DNA from: a virus
DNA: 22,787 nucleotides
Direction: 5' to 3' (one strand)
IMG/VR virus record: IMGVR_UViG_3300045988_020612
Coordinates: 1 to 22,787 of that record
The translations under genes and the position numbers were made by a program. Within the stretch, counting starts at the first letter, position 1. Each line of letters opens with the position of its first letter. Shown piece after piece: positions 15,009-21,272 of the stretch. The notes beneath the pieces are model-generated. The model made no database searches and was not told the DNA's origin. It worked only from the letters and a program-made list of their open reading frames with translations.

Positions 15009-16919
15009 TTATTCTTCCTCACCTTCGTTATACTTCTTGAATCTAAGAGTTAGAGCAGTGATACCTGCTGCAATTACTACGAGCCCCAAAGTGCTAGCGA
15101 TGCCTTCTTTTTCACCAGTATGTGGAAGAGTGCCACTGTAAACGGGTGTATTTGCCACTTCTTTTAGCTCAGAATCGTTTTTATAAACAACCTCGGTAAT
15201 TTCTACCTCTTTTGTCTTTGGAGCGTCTGCGGGCTTGTTAGGCACCTTTTTAGGCTCCACCGGTTTTTCTGATGTTGGTTCCTCTGGAATGTGCAACTCT
15301 GGCAAATCGAGGATAGGTGCGTCATTCGGAATCACACCGCCTTCAAACGGTGGCAATTCTCGCACCTCTGGGATTCCAGGAATGCCACCTTGGAACTCAG
15401 GTTTGTAATGTACAGGCGCTTCATTTGGCACTGTGCCGCCGTTCCATTCTGGTTTATCCAAAACTGGAGCGTCGTTTGGCACGGTACCGATTGGCTCAGT
15501 ATACTCTGGCAATTCTCGTACCTCTGGAATACCAGGGATACCGCCCTCAAATTCTGGGATGTCCACTGTTGGTGGGTCAAGTGGAACGACACCACCGTTA
15601 AACTCTGGTGTTTCGTCTGTTGGTGTTTCAACTGGTGTAGCTGAAACATTTTCGTATTTGTCGACCTTAACAGTTGGCGCTGCTGGTTCTTTGATAGTTG
15701 GTGCTACTGGTTCAACTGGTTTGATTGGGAGTGTTGAAACCGGAATTGTTGAGTTGATAGCGAACCACTGCCAAACTCGGCCATCATTTCCGAAGTGGAA
15801 ACTCATTTTTCCATCTTTGGTAAGCCCAACGATGCCACCCTTGTAAAAGTTAGGGCTATCGAAGCTGTCCCACTCACCGATTACACTTTCATCGTTTGAG
15901 CTATCAGCGTAGGCTTTATTGCCGTCGTGGTTTACAATTGTTGAACCATTGATTGTGATGAATCCTGCTTCGTTTGAAACATACTCAATCTTGTCATCGT
16001 AAAGCTCACCTTTGCCACGGTTTAGGGAATTAAACCCAAACAGTGCGTCTTTGGTCAATGCAATAAGTTGTTTGTTAGCGTCGTAGAATCGAACATTAGT
16101 AGCTACATCAATAGCCTTGCTGAAATTCATGAGACCGATTGTGATTGTTGGATCATTGTATAGAATTGCGTAAGTGTCAACGTCTGGTGTGTAGTCGTAC
16201 TCTACGGCAGCAATTTTTTGACCATTGTAAGTGCTGTTTTCAAGCCCTTCATAGCGAACTGTTGTAGTTTCACCAGCTTTTAGGGCTACGTAAGTACCGC
16301 CGTTGATAAATTCGCTATCTGGATTGAGGACAGTGTTAACCAAATAATCTTTATCCCCTACTTCCGCAGTTTTGGCAGCATCTTGCACTTCCTTTTCATC
16401 AACCACGTTACCTTTTACGACTTTATGAGTGGCGTTTGGTTCACTGGCATTGTTGTACACCAAACCTTGCTCGGCCACTTCTGAAAGATTACCTTCTTTC
16501 TTGGTGTTCGCCTCTGCCTCTGCCATGTTCTTTTCATAAGCTGCCTTGTCTTCAACGTATTTAGCTTTGTCAGCGTCATATTTAGCTTGAGCGTCTGCGT
16601 AAGCTTGTTTTTCAGCGTTGTATTGGCTAACTACCGAATTAATTTCGCTAGCTTTTTCATTCATTGCGTTTGCTGCTTGATCTTGAGTAAGGTTGTTAAC
16701 TGTATTACCAGTTTCGACATTTACACCGGCAGCCTTGGCATTATCAACTGCTGCAGTGAGCTGTTCAGTTTGCTGAATTGGTGTCACTGTGATTTTTCCT
16801 GCAACCTCTGTATAGACATTGCTAGTTGGTTGTGTTTCACCAGCGTGAACTACTGCCCCTCCAAGGAACGCTGTGGCTAACGCAATTGCTGAAAGTGTTG
16901 TAATTTTAGATGTTTTCAT
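15009..16919 (-). CDS. LPxTG-anchored surface protein of the antigen I/II V-region / GbpC family
   Basis: Signal peptide MKTSKITTLSAIALATAFLGGAVVHA. Ala-rich heptad region YNAEKQAYADAQAKYDADKAKYVEDKAAYEKN. V-region-like blocks: GLVYNNASEPNA, VRYEGLENSTYNGQKIAAVEYDYT, DPTITIG, FYDANKQLIALTKDALFGFNSLNRG, WDSFDSPNFYKGG. I recall these resembling S. mutans SpaP/GbpC. There are Pro-rich PEFxGG repeats, then LPHTG, a hydrophobic segment and RFKK. Confidence 0.9.
   Translation of the reverse strand: MKTSKITTLSAIALATAFLGGAVVHAGETQPTSNVYTEVAGKITVTPIQQTEQLTAAVDNAKAAGVNVETGNTVNNLTQDQAANAMNEKASEINSVVSQYNAEKQAYADAQAKYDADKAKYVEDKAAYEKNMAEAEANTKKEGNLSEVAEQGLVYNNASEPNATHKVVKGNVVDEKEVQDAAKTAEVGDKDYLVNTVLNPDSEFINGGTYVALKAGETTTVRYEGLENSTYNGQKIAAVEYDYTPDVDTYAILYNDPTITIGLMNFSKAIDVATNVRFYDANKQLIALTKDALFGFNSLNRGKGELYDDKIEYVSNEAGFITINGSTIVNHDGNKAYADSSNDESVIGEWDSFDSPNFYKGGIVGLTKDGKMSFHFGNDGRVWQWFAINSTIPVSTLPIKPVEPVAPTIKEPAAPTVKVDKYENVSATPVETPTDETPEFNGGVVPLDPPTVDIPEFEGGIPGIPEVRELPEYTEPIGTVPNDAPVLDKPEWNGGTVPNEAPVHYKPEFQGGIPGIPEVRELPPFEGGVIPNDAPILDLPELHIPEEPTSEKPVEPKKVPNKPADAPKTKEVEITEVVYKNDSELKEVANTPVYSGTLPHTGEKEGIASTLGLVVIAAGITALTLRFKKYNEGEEE
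15297..15614 (-). repeat. In-frame Pro-rich repeats inside the adhesin gene
   Basis: PEFNGG, PEFEGGIPGIPEVRELPEY, VPNDAPVLDKPEWNGG, VPNEAPVHYKPEFQGGIPGIPEVRELPPFEGG, IPNDAPILDLPE. The segment GGIPGIPEVRELP occurs twice. Confidence 0.85.
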
Positions 16920-16927
16920 GGTATACT
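16898..16927 (+). promoter_or_regulatory. Candidate + strand promoter antisense to the adhesin leader
   Basis: TTGTAA (16898-16903), 18-nt spacer, TGg TATACT (16919-16927). The TG overlaps the adhesin ATG. Confidence 0.35.
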
Positions 16928-16951
16928 CCTTGTATAGATGTTTTTATTAAG

Positions 16952-16976
16952 CACGGGCCCTTACCCGTGTTTTTTT
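16952..16976 (+). terminator. Intrinsic terminator oriented on the + strand
   Basis: CACGGG-CCCTTA-CCCGTG followed by T7. Confidence 0.6.
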
Positions 16977-17144
16977 GTGCCTTCAACGTGCACCCATAGC
17001 CCCACCGCAGAATATTTATATGTTTTGTTAGACTTGTAAAATGGGAATATTAGGAAAAAAGTAATTTAGTATAGTTTTTTGGGGAATTATGGGTATAAGT
17101 TACACTCCACGGCAGGGCCATGGCTGCACGCTGAAAGATTGACT

Positions 17145-17264
17145 TTATTTTGTGTACTTGTTCTTGAGTCGTTCTTGCTTTTCCTCTGGGGTTTCAACCC
17201 ATTCAAAGAACGGCTCTTGCTGTTTGGGTTTCTTTCTGGTTAGCAATTTCTTTAGTAGCTTCAT
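17145..17264 (-). CDS. Possible 39-aa basic peptide
   Basis: My own translation is MKLLKKLLTRKKPKQQEPFFEWVETPEEKQERLKNKYTK. Its start lies 3 nt after the upstream stop. Confidence 0.3.
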   Translation of the reverse strand: MKLLKKLLTRKKPKQQEPFFEWVETPEEKQERLKNKYTK

Positions 17265-17267
17265 GAG

Positions 17268-17411
17268 TTACCCCACTAGCTGATCTAATGGCAAACCGTG
17301 GTCAGCGTTGAATCGCTCAGCTTTAGCTGTGTATGATTCCCATTGTGGAACTTCATAGACTTCTACTTCATTTTGTTTCTTTGACCAAATCCAGCTAAAT
17401 AGTTTTTTCAT
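17268..17411 (-). CDS. Small hypothetical protein (47 aa)
   Basis: The track ORF was trimmed to the ATG at 17411 (MKKLFSWIWSKK...), which is preceded by AAAGGAAA. Confidence 0.4.
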   Translation of the reverse strand: MKKLFSWIWSKKQNEVEVYEVPQWESYTAKAERFNADHGLPLDQLVG

Positions 17412-17430
17412 GATGTTATTTCCTTTCTTT

Positions 17431-17694
17431 TTAAAACACATGGACACCACGCTCAGCCCATTTGTCACGTAAGCGGTTTTGAGCGTCCCCGTTGTATCCA
17501 CAGATATGAAAAGCAAGACCAAGATTTTCTTCGCTGTGGCGTTTATCCACGATTTCTTCTTTGTAAGCCTCCGCAAACGCTTTGACTTCTTCTAGGTTTT
17601 TGCCGCATGGGTAGAACAACCAGTCGTTGTCTACCACAACATGCCAGTTATTTCCTAGCACTGTTTGGATTTTTTTATATTCAAATTTAGCCAT
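17431..17694 (-). CDS. Hypothetical protein
   Basis: 87 aa. RBS GAGAGGT. It is the first gene downstream of the putative ori. Confidence 0.6.
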   Translation of the reverse strand: MAKFEYKKIQTVLGNNWHVVVDNDWLFYPCGKNLEEVKAFAEAYKEEIVDKRHSEENLGLAFHICGYNGDAQNRLRDKWAERGVHVF

Positions 17695-17761
17695 TTTGTT
17701 TACCTCTCTTATTCTTCTAACTATGATTACTGTATTGTTATCAGTTAGTAGTTATTATCGC

Positions 17762-17821
17762 TTGGTGTGCGTAGCACCATATTGTTATTAGTTGGTGCGT
17801 GGCAACGCCATATTATTATTA
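17762..17821. repeat. Two tandem ~30-bp direct repeats in an AT-rich tract
   Basis: TTGGTGTGCGTAGCACCATATTGTTATTA (17762-17790) and TTGGTGCGTGGCAACGCCATATTATTATTA (17792-17821). Each contains a short GC-rich inverted repeat. They are flanked by GTTATTAT-type AT-rich motifs. Confidence 0.7.
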
Positions 17822-17863
17822 CTTAGTCTTTATTATTTATTAGTTATTATTAGTGTCGGATTC

Positions 17864-17940
17864 TTCAACTTTTGAACTTTTCAACTTTTGAATTTTTCAA
17901 CTTACGAAAAGTTCAACTTTTGAACTTTTCAACTTACGTA
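17864..17940. repeat. Five iterons with exact 16-bp periodicity (putative ori)
   Basis: CAACTT cores start at 17866, 17882, 17898, 17914 and 17930. The units are TTCAACTTTTGAA(C/T) and TTCAACTTACG(A/T)AAAG. The array lies 19 bp downstream of the wHTH gene stop. Confidence 0.75.
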
Positions 17941-17958
17941 AAGTCAGTAAGTTGTAAT

Positions 17959-18372
17959 TTAGTTATCCACAACTTCTGTTGATAACTCTTTTTCAATCCG
18001 ACTAACCCAATAATTCCAATAACTATCTGTAATCGGTATGTCTTGGACAAGTGGATAGGTCTGAACACCTTTCCCACGTCCCAAGCTCTTTCGATAGATG
18101 CGGATATAACCAGCATCTTTTAATTCTTCAAAGGCTGTCCGGTGTGCGTCCCTCCCGTTTTTCGAACGCTTGGAAAGCTCCTCAATGTAAGGCCTCCAAT
18201 CGTCTTTATTAGACATCAGCACCAACAACAAGCCTTTAGCTTGTAAGCTCAGTTCAGCATTTTGGGCTGAGTGGTTATTCATTTGAGTATAGTTGCTGTC
18301 TGTGTTTCGTTGGATATACTTCATATCCCATGACCTATGCTCCTTTCTGGTAGATGCTTGCCACGATATCAT
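17959..18372 (-). CDS. Winged-HTH (HTH_36/Rep-like) putative origin-binding protein
   Basis: LSLQAKGLLLVLMSNKDDWRPYIEELSKRSKNGRDAHRTAFEELKDAGYI resembles the wHTH of plasmid/phage replication initiators. An alternative start exists at 18324 (MKYIQ). It is adjacent to the iterons. Confidence 0.55.
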   Translation of the reverse strand: MISWQASTRKEHRSWDMKYIQRNTDSNYTQMNNHSAQNAELSLQAKGLLLVLMSNKDDWRPYIEELSKRSKNGRDAHRTAFEELKDAGYIRIYRKSLGRGKGVQTYPLVQDIPITDSYWNYWVSRIEKELSTEVVDN

Positions 18373-18475
18373 AGTAGCTATGCCCTGCTGGTATCGTGTG
18401 TTTAGTTAGATCATCAACTCTGGAACCGTCTGCCATAATGTTGATTATGGTGGGTTCCCATTTTTGTTTTTTCAT
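18335..18475 (-). CDS. Small hypothetical protein (46 aa)
   Basis: My own translation is MKKQKWEPTIINIMADGSRVDDLTKHTIPAGHSYYDIVASIYQKGA. The RBS is weak. Confidence 0.4.
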   Translation of the reverse strand: MKKQKWEPTIINIMADGSRVDDLTKHTIPAGHSYYDIVASIYQKGA

Positions 18476-18483
18476 GGTACAAT
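18455..18483 (+). promoter_or_regulatory. Candidate + strand promoter antisense to the leader of the Rep-like operon
   Basis: TTCCCA (18455-18460), 17-nt spacer, TGg TACAAT (18475-18483). The TG overlaps the ATG of the 46-aa ORF. Confidence 0.3.
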
Positions 18484-18506
18484 CTCTTTAGTTTAAATTT
18501 TCTATT

Positions 18507-18537
18507 GGTCTGACTCTGGCAGGGGTCAGCCTTTTTT
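18507..18537 (+). terminator. Intrinsic terminator oriented on the + strand
   Basis: GG(T)CTGACTCT-GGCA-GGGGTCAGCC stem of up to 10 bp, followed by T6. Confidence 0.6.
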
Positions 18538-18686
18538 GTTGCCTTAACGACACTGGAGAACTAGCGAGGTCTTTTGATTTTTTGTTTTTTAGGAGTCATT
18601 ATAAAATCAAATCATCTAATGGTATTGCTTACGTTTCAACTGAATCGCTGCCCCGCTAGCTCACTAGTGCCGCCAAGGTGACATCC

Positions 18687-19418
18687 TCAATCCTCTTGTT
18701 CGATGATTGGCAGGATGTCGATAGCTTTCAATTTGTCGTATATAAAACGTCTTCCAAGTTGTGTCCAGACCGTCGTCATGTTGCTGTGGGGTTTCCCGTC
18801 CTTACCAACGTAGTCGAATGTTCGGCTTGAGATGTAGCCTTTACCAATATATTTCGCATATAGTACCCACTGACCATTGACAATGCGTTGGATTCGCTCT
18901 TGCTTTAGTAGCTGGTTCATCTTGCGTGCTGACATCCCATAATCTTGAGCAATTTGGGTGATAGTCAAGCCGTCCTTGGTTTGTAAAATCAAGTCTAGGT
19001 AATCGGCGTTTTTAGTCGCTTCTTCCAACTCAATCAAGAGGTTTTCGTTTTCGTTTTCCAAGAGCTTGATTTTCTTATCAGCCATGAGCAATGCTCTTGC
19101 CATGATTTTTTCTGGACTATTGAAGTCCTTTTCTACTTGGATGAAGTAGGTTCGGACTTCCTTTCCTTTGTCTGTTCGCTGAATCATTGCGATTTCTTTC
19201 GCCATGTCTAGCTTAATGATGTGATCTTGACTTGGTCGCCCTCCGGTACTTTTGCTCAAAAATGAGCTAAAGTCTTCACCCTCTGTAAAACCATATTCAG
19301 TCATACGTGGGAACCAATCTTTGTAAGCTGTTTTAACGCCTAGAGCTTTATGTAACTGTCTGCCAGAAACAATCGGCTCATGATTTTCGTTTAATGATAC
19401 GTTAATCAGTTCGTTCAT
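18687..19418 (-). CDS. Phage antirepressor (AntA N-terminal plus KilAC C-terminal domains)
   Basis: N-terminus: VSGRQLHKALGVKTAYKDWFPRMTEYGFTEGEDF. C-terminus: LTITQIAQDYGMSARKMNQLLKQERIQRIVNGQWVLYAKYIGKGY. Confidence 0.85.
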   Translation of the reverse strand: MNELINVSLNENHEPIVSGRQLHKALGVKTAYKDWFPRMTEYGFTEGEDFSSFLSKSTGGRPSQDHIIKLDMAKEIAMIQRTDKGKEVRTYFIQVEKDFNSPEKIMARALLMADKKIKLLENENENLLIELEEATKNADYLDLILQTKDGLTITQIAQDYGMSARKMNQLLKQERIQRIVNGQWVLYAKYIGKGYISSRTFDYVGKDGKPHSNMTTVWTQLGRRFIYDKLKAIDILPIIEQED

Positions 19419-19441
19419 TGCTTGTTCCTTTCTTAATTCTT

Positions 19442-19462
19442 AACTTGAATTAAATTCAAGTT
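19442..19462. promoter_or_regulatory. Operator copy 1, a perfect 21-bp palindrome between cro and the antirepressor gene
   Basis: AACTTGAATT-A-AATTCAAGTT. Confidence 0.7.
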
Positions 19463-19478
19463 TTACTGTAAAAAAATA

Positions 19479-19682
19479 TCAAATACCGTACAAATCGGAT
19501 GCTCGAATGTGGTATTTATTACAGATAGTTACCATTTTCTTAGGAGAAATAGAGAGCGCATTTTTCTCCCAAGCGCTAACCGTTTGAGCTGTAGTACCAA
19601 TGCTTTCGGCGAATTGGGCTTGTGTCAGATTATGACGGGCTCGAAGTTCTTTGATTGTAATCTTTGGAGCTGTTTTTGTCAT
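19479..19682 (-). CDS. Cro-like XRE-family HTH regulator
   Basis: 67 aa. HTH segment LTQAQFAESIGTTAQTVSAWEKN. It is the first gene of the lytic arm and is divergent from the repressor. Confidence 0.8.
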   Translation of the reverse strand: MTKTAPKITIKELRARHNLTQAQFAESIGTTAQTVSAWEKNALSISPKKMVTICNKYHIRASDLYGI

Positions 19683-19715
19683 TTTGTTCCTCCTCTCTAA
19701 CTAACTTACAAACGT

Positions 19716-19744
19716 ATTATAACTTGAATTAAATTCAATGTCAA
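19716..19744 (-). promoter_or_regulatory. Early lytic promoter (P_cro analogue) with operator copy 2 in its spacer
   Basis: The minus strand reads TTGACA (19744-19739), 17 nt, TATAAT (19721-19716). The spacer is AACTTGAATTAAATTCAATGT (19721-19741), a 19/21 match to the palindrome. Confidence 0.75.
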
Positions 19745-19760
19745 CAGTTTTGTTGATTTT

Positions 19761-19801
19761 TTTTCAAGTTTTTTTAAGTTTTTTATAAATCAACTTGAAA
19801 A
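19761..19801. promoter_or_regulatory. Operator half-sites as a 10-bp inverted repeat split by 21 bp
   Basis: TTTTCAAGTT (19761-19770) and AACTTGAAAA (19792-19801). The right half overlaps the -35 of the repressor promoter. Confidence 0.5.
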
Positions 19802-19823
19802 TTAGGAAAGTCTACTATATAAT
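19795..19823 (+). promoter_or_regulatory. Repressor-operon promoter
   Basis: TTGAAA (19795-19800), 17 nt, TATAAT (19818-19823). An AAGGAGAAAG RBS precedes the ATG at 19851. Confidence 0.7.
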
Positions 19824-19850
19824 ATTAATATAAACAGCAAGGAGAAAGAT

Positions 19851-20216
19851 ATGGATTTGAATAAGCAAAGAGGAAGCAGAATTGAAAGTTTGAGAGCTAG
19901 CAAGGGTATTAGTCAGCTTGAATTAGCGAAAATGTTAGGTTATAAGTCTGATTCAACTATTTCAAAGTGGGAAAGCGGCGCTAGCATTCCAACGGGAACA
20001 AAGATTGTGAAATTAGCTCAAGTTTTGGGGACTTCGACAGATTACATTCTTTTTGGAGACGGTCCAGAAACCACCGAGGAACAACAACCAAACACCCACG
20101 ATATCGATGAAATCATCGACAATGCAATGATGTTCGACGGGAAACCGTTGAGCGAGGATGATAAGCGGGCTATCCGTGGCATCATTGCGGGATATATGAG
20201 CAGCAAGGAAAAGTGA
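19851..20216 (+). CDS. XRE/cI-like phage repressor (ImmR-like)
   Basis: 121 aa. HTH segment ISQLELAKMLGYKSDSTISKWESG. It is followed by an ImmA-like protease gene. Confidence 0.85.
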   Translation: MDLNKQRGSRIESLRASKGISQLELAKMLGYKSDSTISKWESGASIPTGTKIVKLAQVLGTSTDYILFGDGPETTEEQQPNTHDIDEIIDNAMMFDGKPLSEDDKRAIRGIIAGYMSSKEK

Positions 20217-20222
20217 GGGGAT

Positions 20223-20588
20223 ATGACTGAAAGTGAATTGCTTGAGCAGTTCAACGTGTCTCTTTGTGAGTTTAGCTCTAACGAGTGGTCACGAAACGGG
20301 TTTATCGACCCTATAAACAGGGTTGTTTATATCAATGGGGATTTAGACCAAGACACTCGTTTAAAGGTCATTCTGCACGAACTGGGCCACCTAGAGCACA
20401 ATTCCAAAGACTATGAGCGTCTACGGGAAAAGTATGAGGTTCAGGCAAATAGGAATATGATCCATGAATTGTTGAAAAATGAAAATCTTGATGATTTTAA
20501 TTACTTACACTTTATGGAAAAATATAATCTCACCACGATTTGTGATGAGACTTTTGTAAAAAACGAATTTCTAAAAATGATGAGGTAA
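20223..20588 (+). CDS. ImmA/IrrE-family metalloprotease (anti-repressor protease)
   Basis: 121 aa. HExxH motif at VILHELGHLEH. It starts 6 nt after the repressor stop. Confidence 0.75.
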   Translation: MTESELLEQFNVSLCEFSSNEWSRNGFIDPINRVVYINGDLDQDTRLKVILHELGHLEHNSKDYERLREKYEVQANRNMIHELLKNENLDDFNYLHFMEKYNLTTICDETFVKNEFLKMMR

Positions 20589-20592
20589 CATT

Positions 20593-21141
20593 ATGAATTT
20601 ATTAACAGTTCAAACTCAATTAATGCAGGCGGGCGTCCCTAAGATGTTTGGCACTCGAAAAGAGGTTAACTACCTACCGCAATTACTATCAGACGACGAG
20701 GTGATACAATATGCCGCATCTGGATTTTATGACGGCAACACTGTCTTAATCGTATTAACTCAAAAACGCATTATGTTTGTTGATAAAGGCATGATTTACG
20801 GTGTCCAAACTTCTGAAATTCCTCTCGATATGGTCAATGGCGTATCGTCTAAAAGCGGGGTTCTCTTAGGTGAAATCTCGGTGATGAACGGGGTATCTTG
20901 GGCGCATATCAAGAACATCCCTAAAATCGCCGTACCAGTTCTATCTGACAAGATTAAACGTGCATCCGAAGCATACAAACAAAGTCTGTATAGACCACAG
21001 ATAGAGGTTAGCCAGAGCAGTCAACCGCTATCGCAGAATTTAATTGCTGACGAATTGATTAAGCTGAAATCATTAGTTGATAACGGCGTGCTCACTGAGG
21101 AAGAATTCCAAGCACAGAAAGCTAAATTACTATCACAATAA
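20593..21141 (+). CDS. Bacterial PH-domain (YokE-like) protein with a C-terminal SHOCT domain
   Basis: The N-terminal half has the bPH pattern (LLSDDEVIQYAASGF...LIVLTQKRIMFVDKG...IPLDMVNGVS...GEISV). The C-terminus ADELIKLKSLVDNGVLTEEEFQAQKAKLL is a SHOCT motif. Confidence 0.7.
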   Translation: MNLLTVQTQLMQAGVPKMFGTRKEVNYLPQLLSDDEVIQYAASGFYDGNTVLIVLTQKRIMFVDKGMIYGVQTSEIPLDMVNGVSSKSGVLLGEISVMNGVSWAHIKNIPKIAVPVLSDKIKRASEAYKQSLYRPQIEVSQSSQPLSQNLIADELIKLKSLVDNGVLTEEEFQAQKAKLLSQ

Positions 21142-21181
21142 AAAAAGCCCTATAATCTCCCTCGCCAAAGTTAGATTATAG
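21141..21181 (-). terminator. 9-bp inverted repeat that reads as hairpin plus U-run only on the minus strand
   Basis: CTATAATCT (21150-21158) pairs with AGATTATAG (21173-21181), with a 14-nt loop. On the minus strand it is followed by GGC plus T6-7. No T-run follows it on the + strand. Confidence 0.35.
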
Positions 21182-21272
21182 AGCGGCATCACAGAAAAAA
21201 TCGTGTAAACTGAGAGCAGTCTTACAAGTCTTTTTTCTGTACCCATTTTAACAGAATTGAGGTACAAACACA

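Noticed and set aside
15291-15846. + strand ORFs 15291..15644, 15317..15601 and 15433..15846, and minus-strand alternate-frame ORF 15332..15649
   Set aside because: All lie inside the Pro-rich repeat part of the adhesin gene. They are low-complexity shadow frames without RBS, and the adhesin frame is strongly supported.
17864-17940. CRISPR-like array
   Set aside because: The repeats are 16-bp contiguous iterons with no unique spacers and no cas genes nearby. Their position next to a Rep-like wHTH gene fits an origin of replication.
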